A DNA stretch of 63,728 bases, counting the filler, from Dicyema japonicum (lineage: Eukaryota > Animalia > Dicyemida), in NCBI GenBank assembly GCA_011109175.1. It is 10 parts of 10 records of this genome, joined end to end, with 100 filler letters (N's around TTAATTAATTAA, not from the genome) between each part and the next. Parts side by side here need not be neighbours in the genome. Positions count along the whole stretch, not along the records: positions 62,566 to 63,728 come from RDEW01000242.1; 9 more parts are not named here. One strand, given 5' to 3'. The number at the start of each line of letters is the position of its first letter. Positions within the stretch are counted from its first letter, which is position 1. The notes under the pieces were generated by a model that was given only the letters and a program-made list of their open reading frames with translations, was not told the origin of the DNA and did no database searches. Made by a program: the position numbers and the translations under genes. Positions 63,194 to 63,728 of this stretch are shown here, in pieces.

Positions 63194-63622
63194 ATGGACT
63201 CAAACATCAAATTTCTTTGCGATTCAAACAAAGTAGTGGCATTGTTTACTTCTAGGAGAACCTAGATTCCAATAAATGCTCCAAAGAGGTCATCAAATGT
63301 GACAAGAACAAGCGGCAAGTCACATTCTCCAAGAATATTGATGACAGCTACGAGGAGTCTCTAAAGGGGATCTCCGATGATGCACAGCTCGAATCTTCCA
63401 CTGAGTGTGACCTGAGTGATCTGATCTGTAATCCAGGGGAGGAATCGGTACAGTACTGGAGGGACTTGGCCGAGGAGAGGAGACTGGCTTTAATGGAGGC
63501 TGTCGTAGAGAATGAGGAGGTTGACTTAGTAGTTATGGCAGTTGATTGCTGAAATACGAGAGTTGAGGAAATCAATTGTTTGTCTTTCTGAGAGGATCAT
63601 TGAATTGGAGCAAAATGAATGA
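63194..63622 (+). CDS. GMNN: Geminin-family coiled-coil protein, 3 exons
   Basis: Spliced over 23 and 22-nt introns: MDSNIKFLCDSNKENL..SVQYWRDLAEERRLALMEAVVENEELIAEIRELRKSI..ELEQNE*, matching the geminin signature [23 protein letters not shown]. Confidence 0.8.
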
Positions 63623-63728
63623 CTTTGTTAATAAACTTTTTGATACTTTTGTTGGTTTTACTTTCAATTTACTAAGCGTGTCAAATAATAAGCTGAGCTG
63701 TCCTTTACCCGAGACACCGGTGCTATGG

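Overview
Draft-assembly window of an AT-rich, transposon-dense eukaryote, most likely an animal (geminin-family gene, HP1-type chromo + chromoshadow genes). Host genes are split by very short GT-AG introns, mostly 19-31 nt. This points to a reduced parasitic metazoan such as a dicyemid or myxozoan, which is inference only. Recognisable host genes: a disrupted PIP5K, five HP1-like copies or fragments, a decayed IMP1/2-like peptidase, Hsp110, three UBE2J1-like E2 paralogues lacking the membrane anchor, cathepsin L and geminin. A large share of the sequence is mobile DNA: IS630/Tc1-like DD34E/DD35E elements (one family with modular 21-bp repeat arms), canonical Tc1, pogo/Tigger, hAT (Buster-type), MULE, Helitron, and R4/Dong-like, CRE-like and RTE-like non-LTR retroelements. 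There is also a ~167-bp satellite. Contigs are joined by N-TTAATTAATTAA-N linkers, and many near-exact ~40-240-bp tandem duplications look like assembly overlaps. The most interesting signals are the expanded anchor-less UBE2J1 family with remodelled active-site loops, the expanded HP1 family with a diverged shadow domain, the repeat-armed DD35E transposon whose repeat block splits its own transposase, and the micro-intron system. I found no CRISPR array or rRNA. All assignments come from manual translation and motif recognition; no database searches were run.
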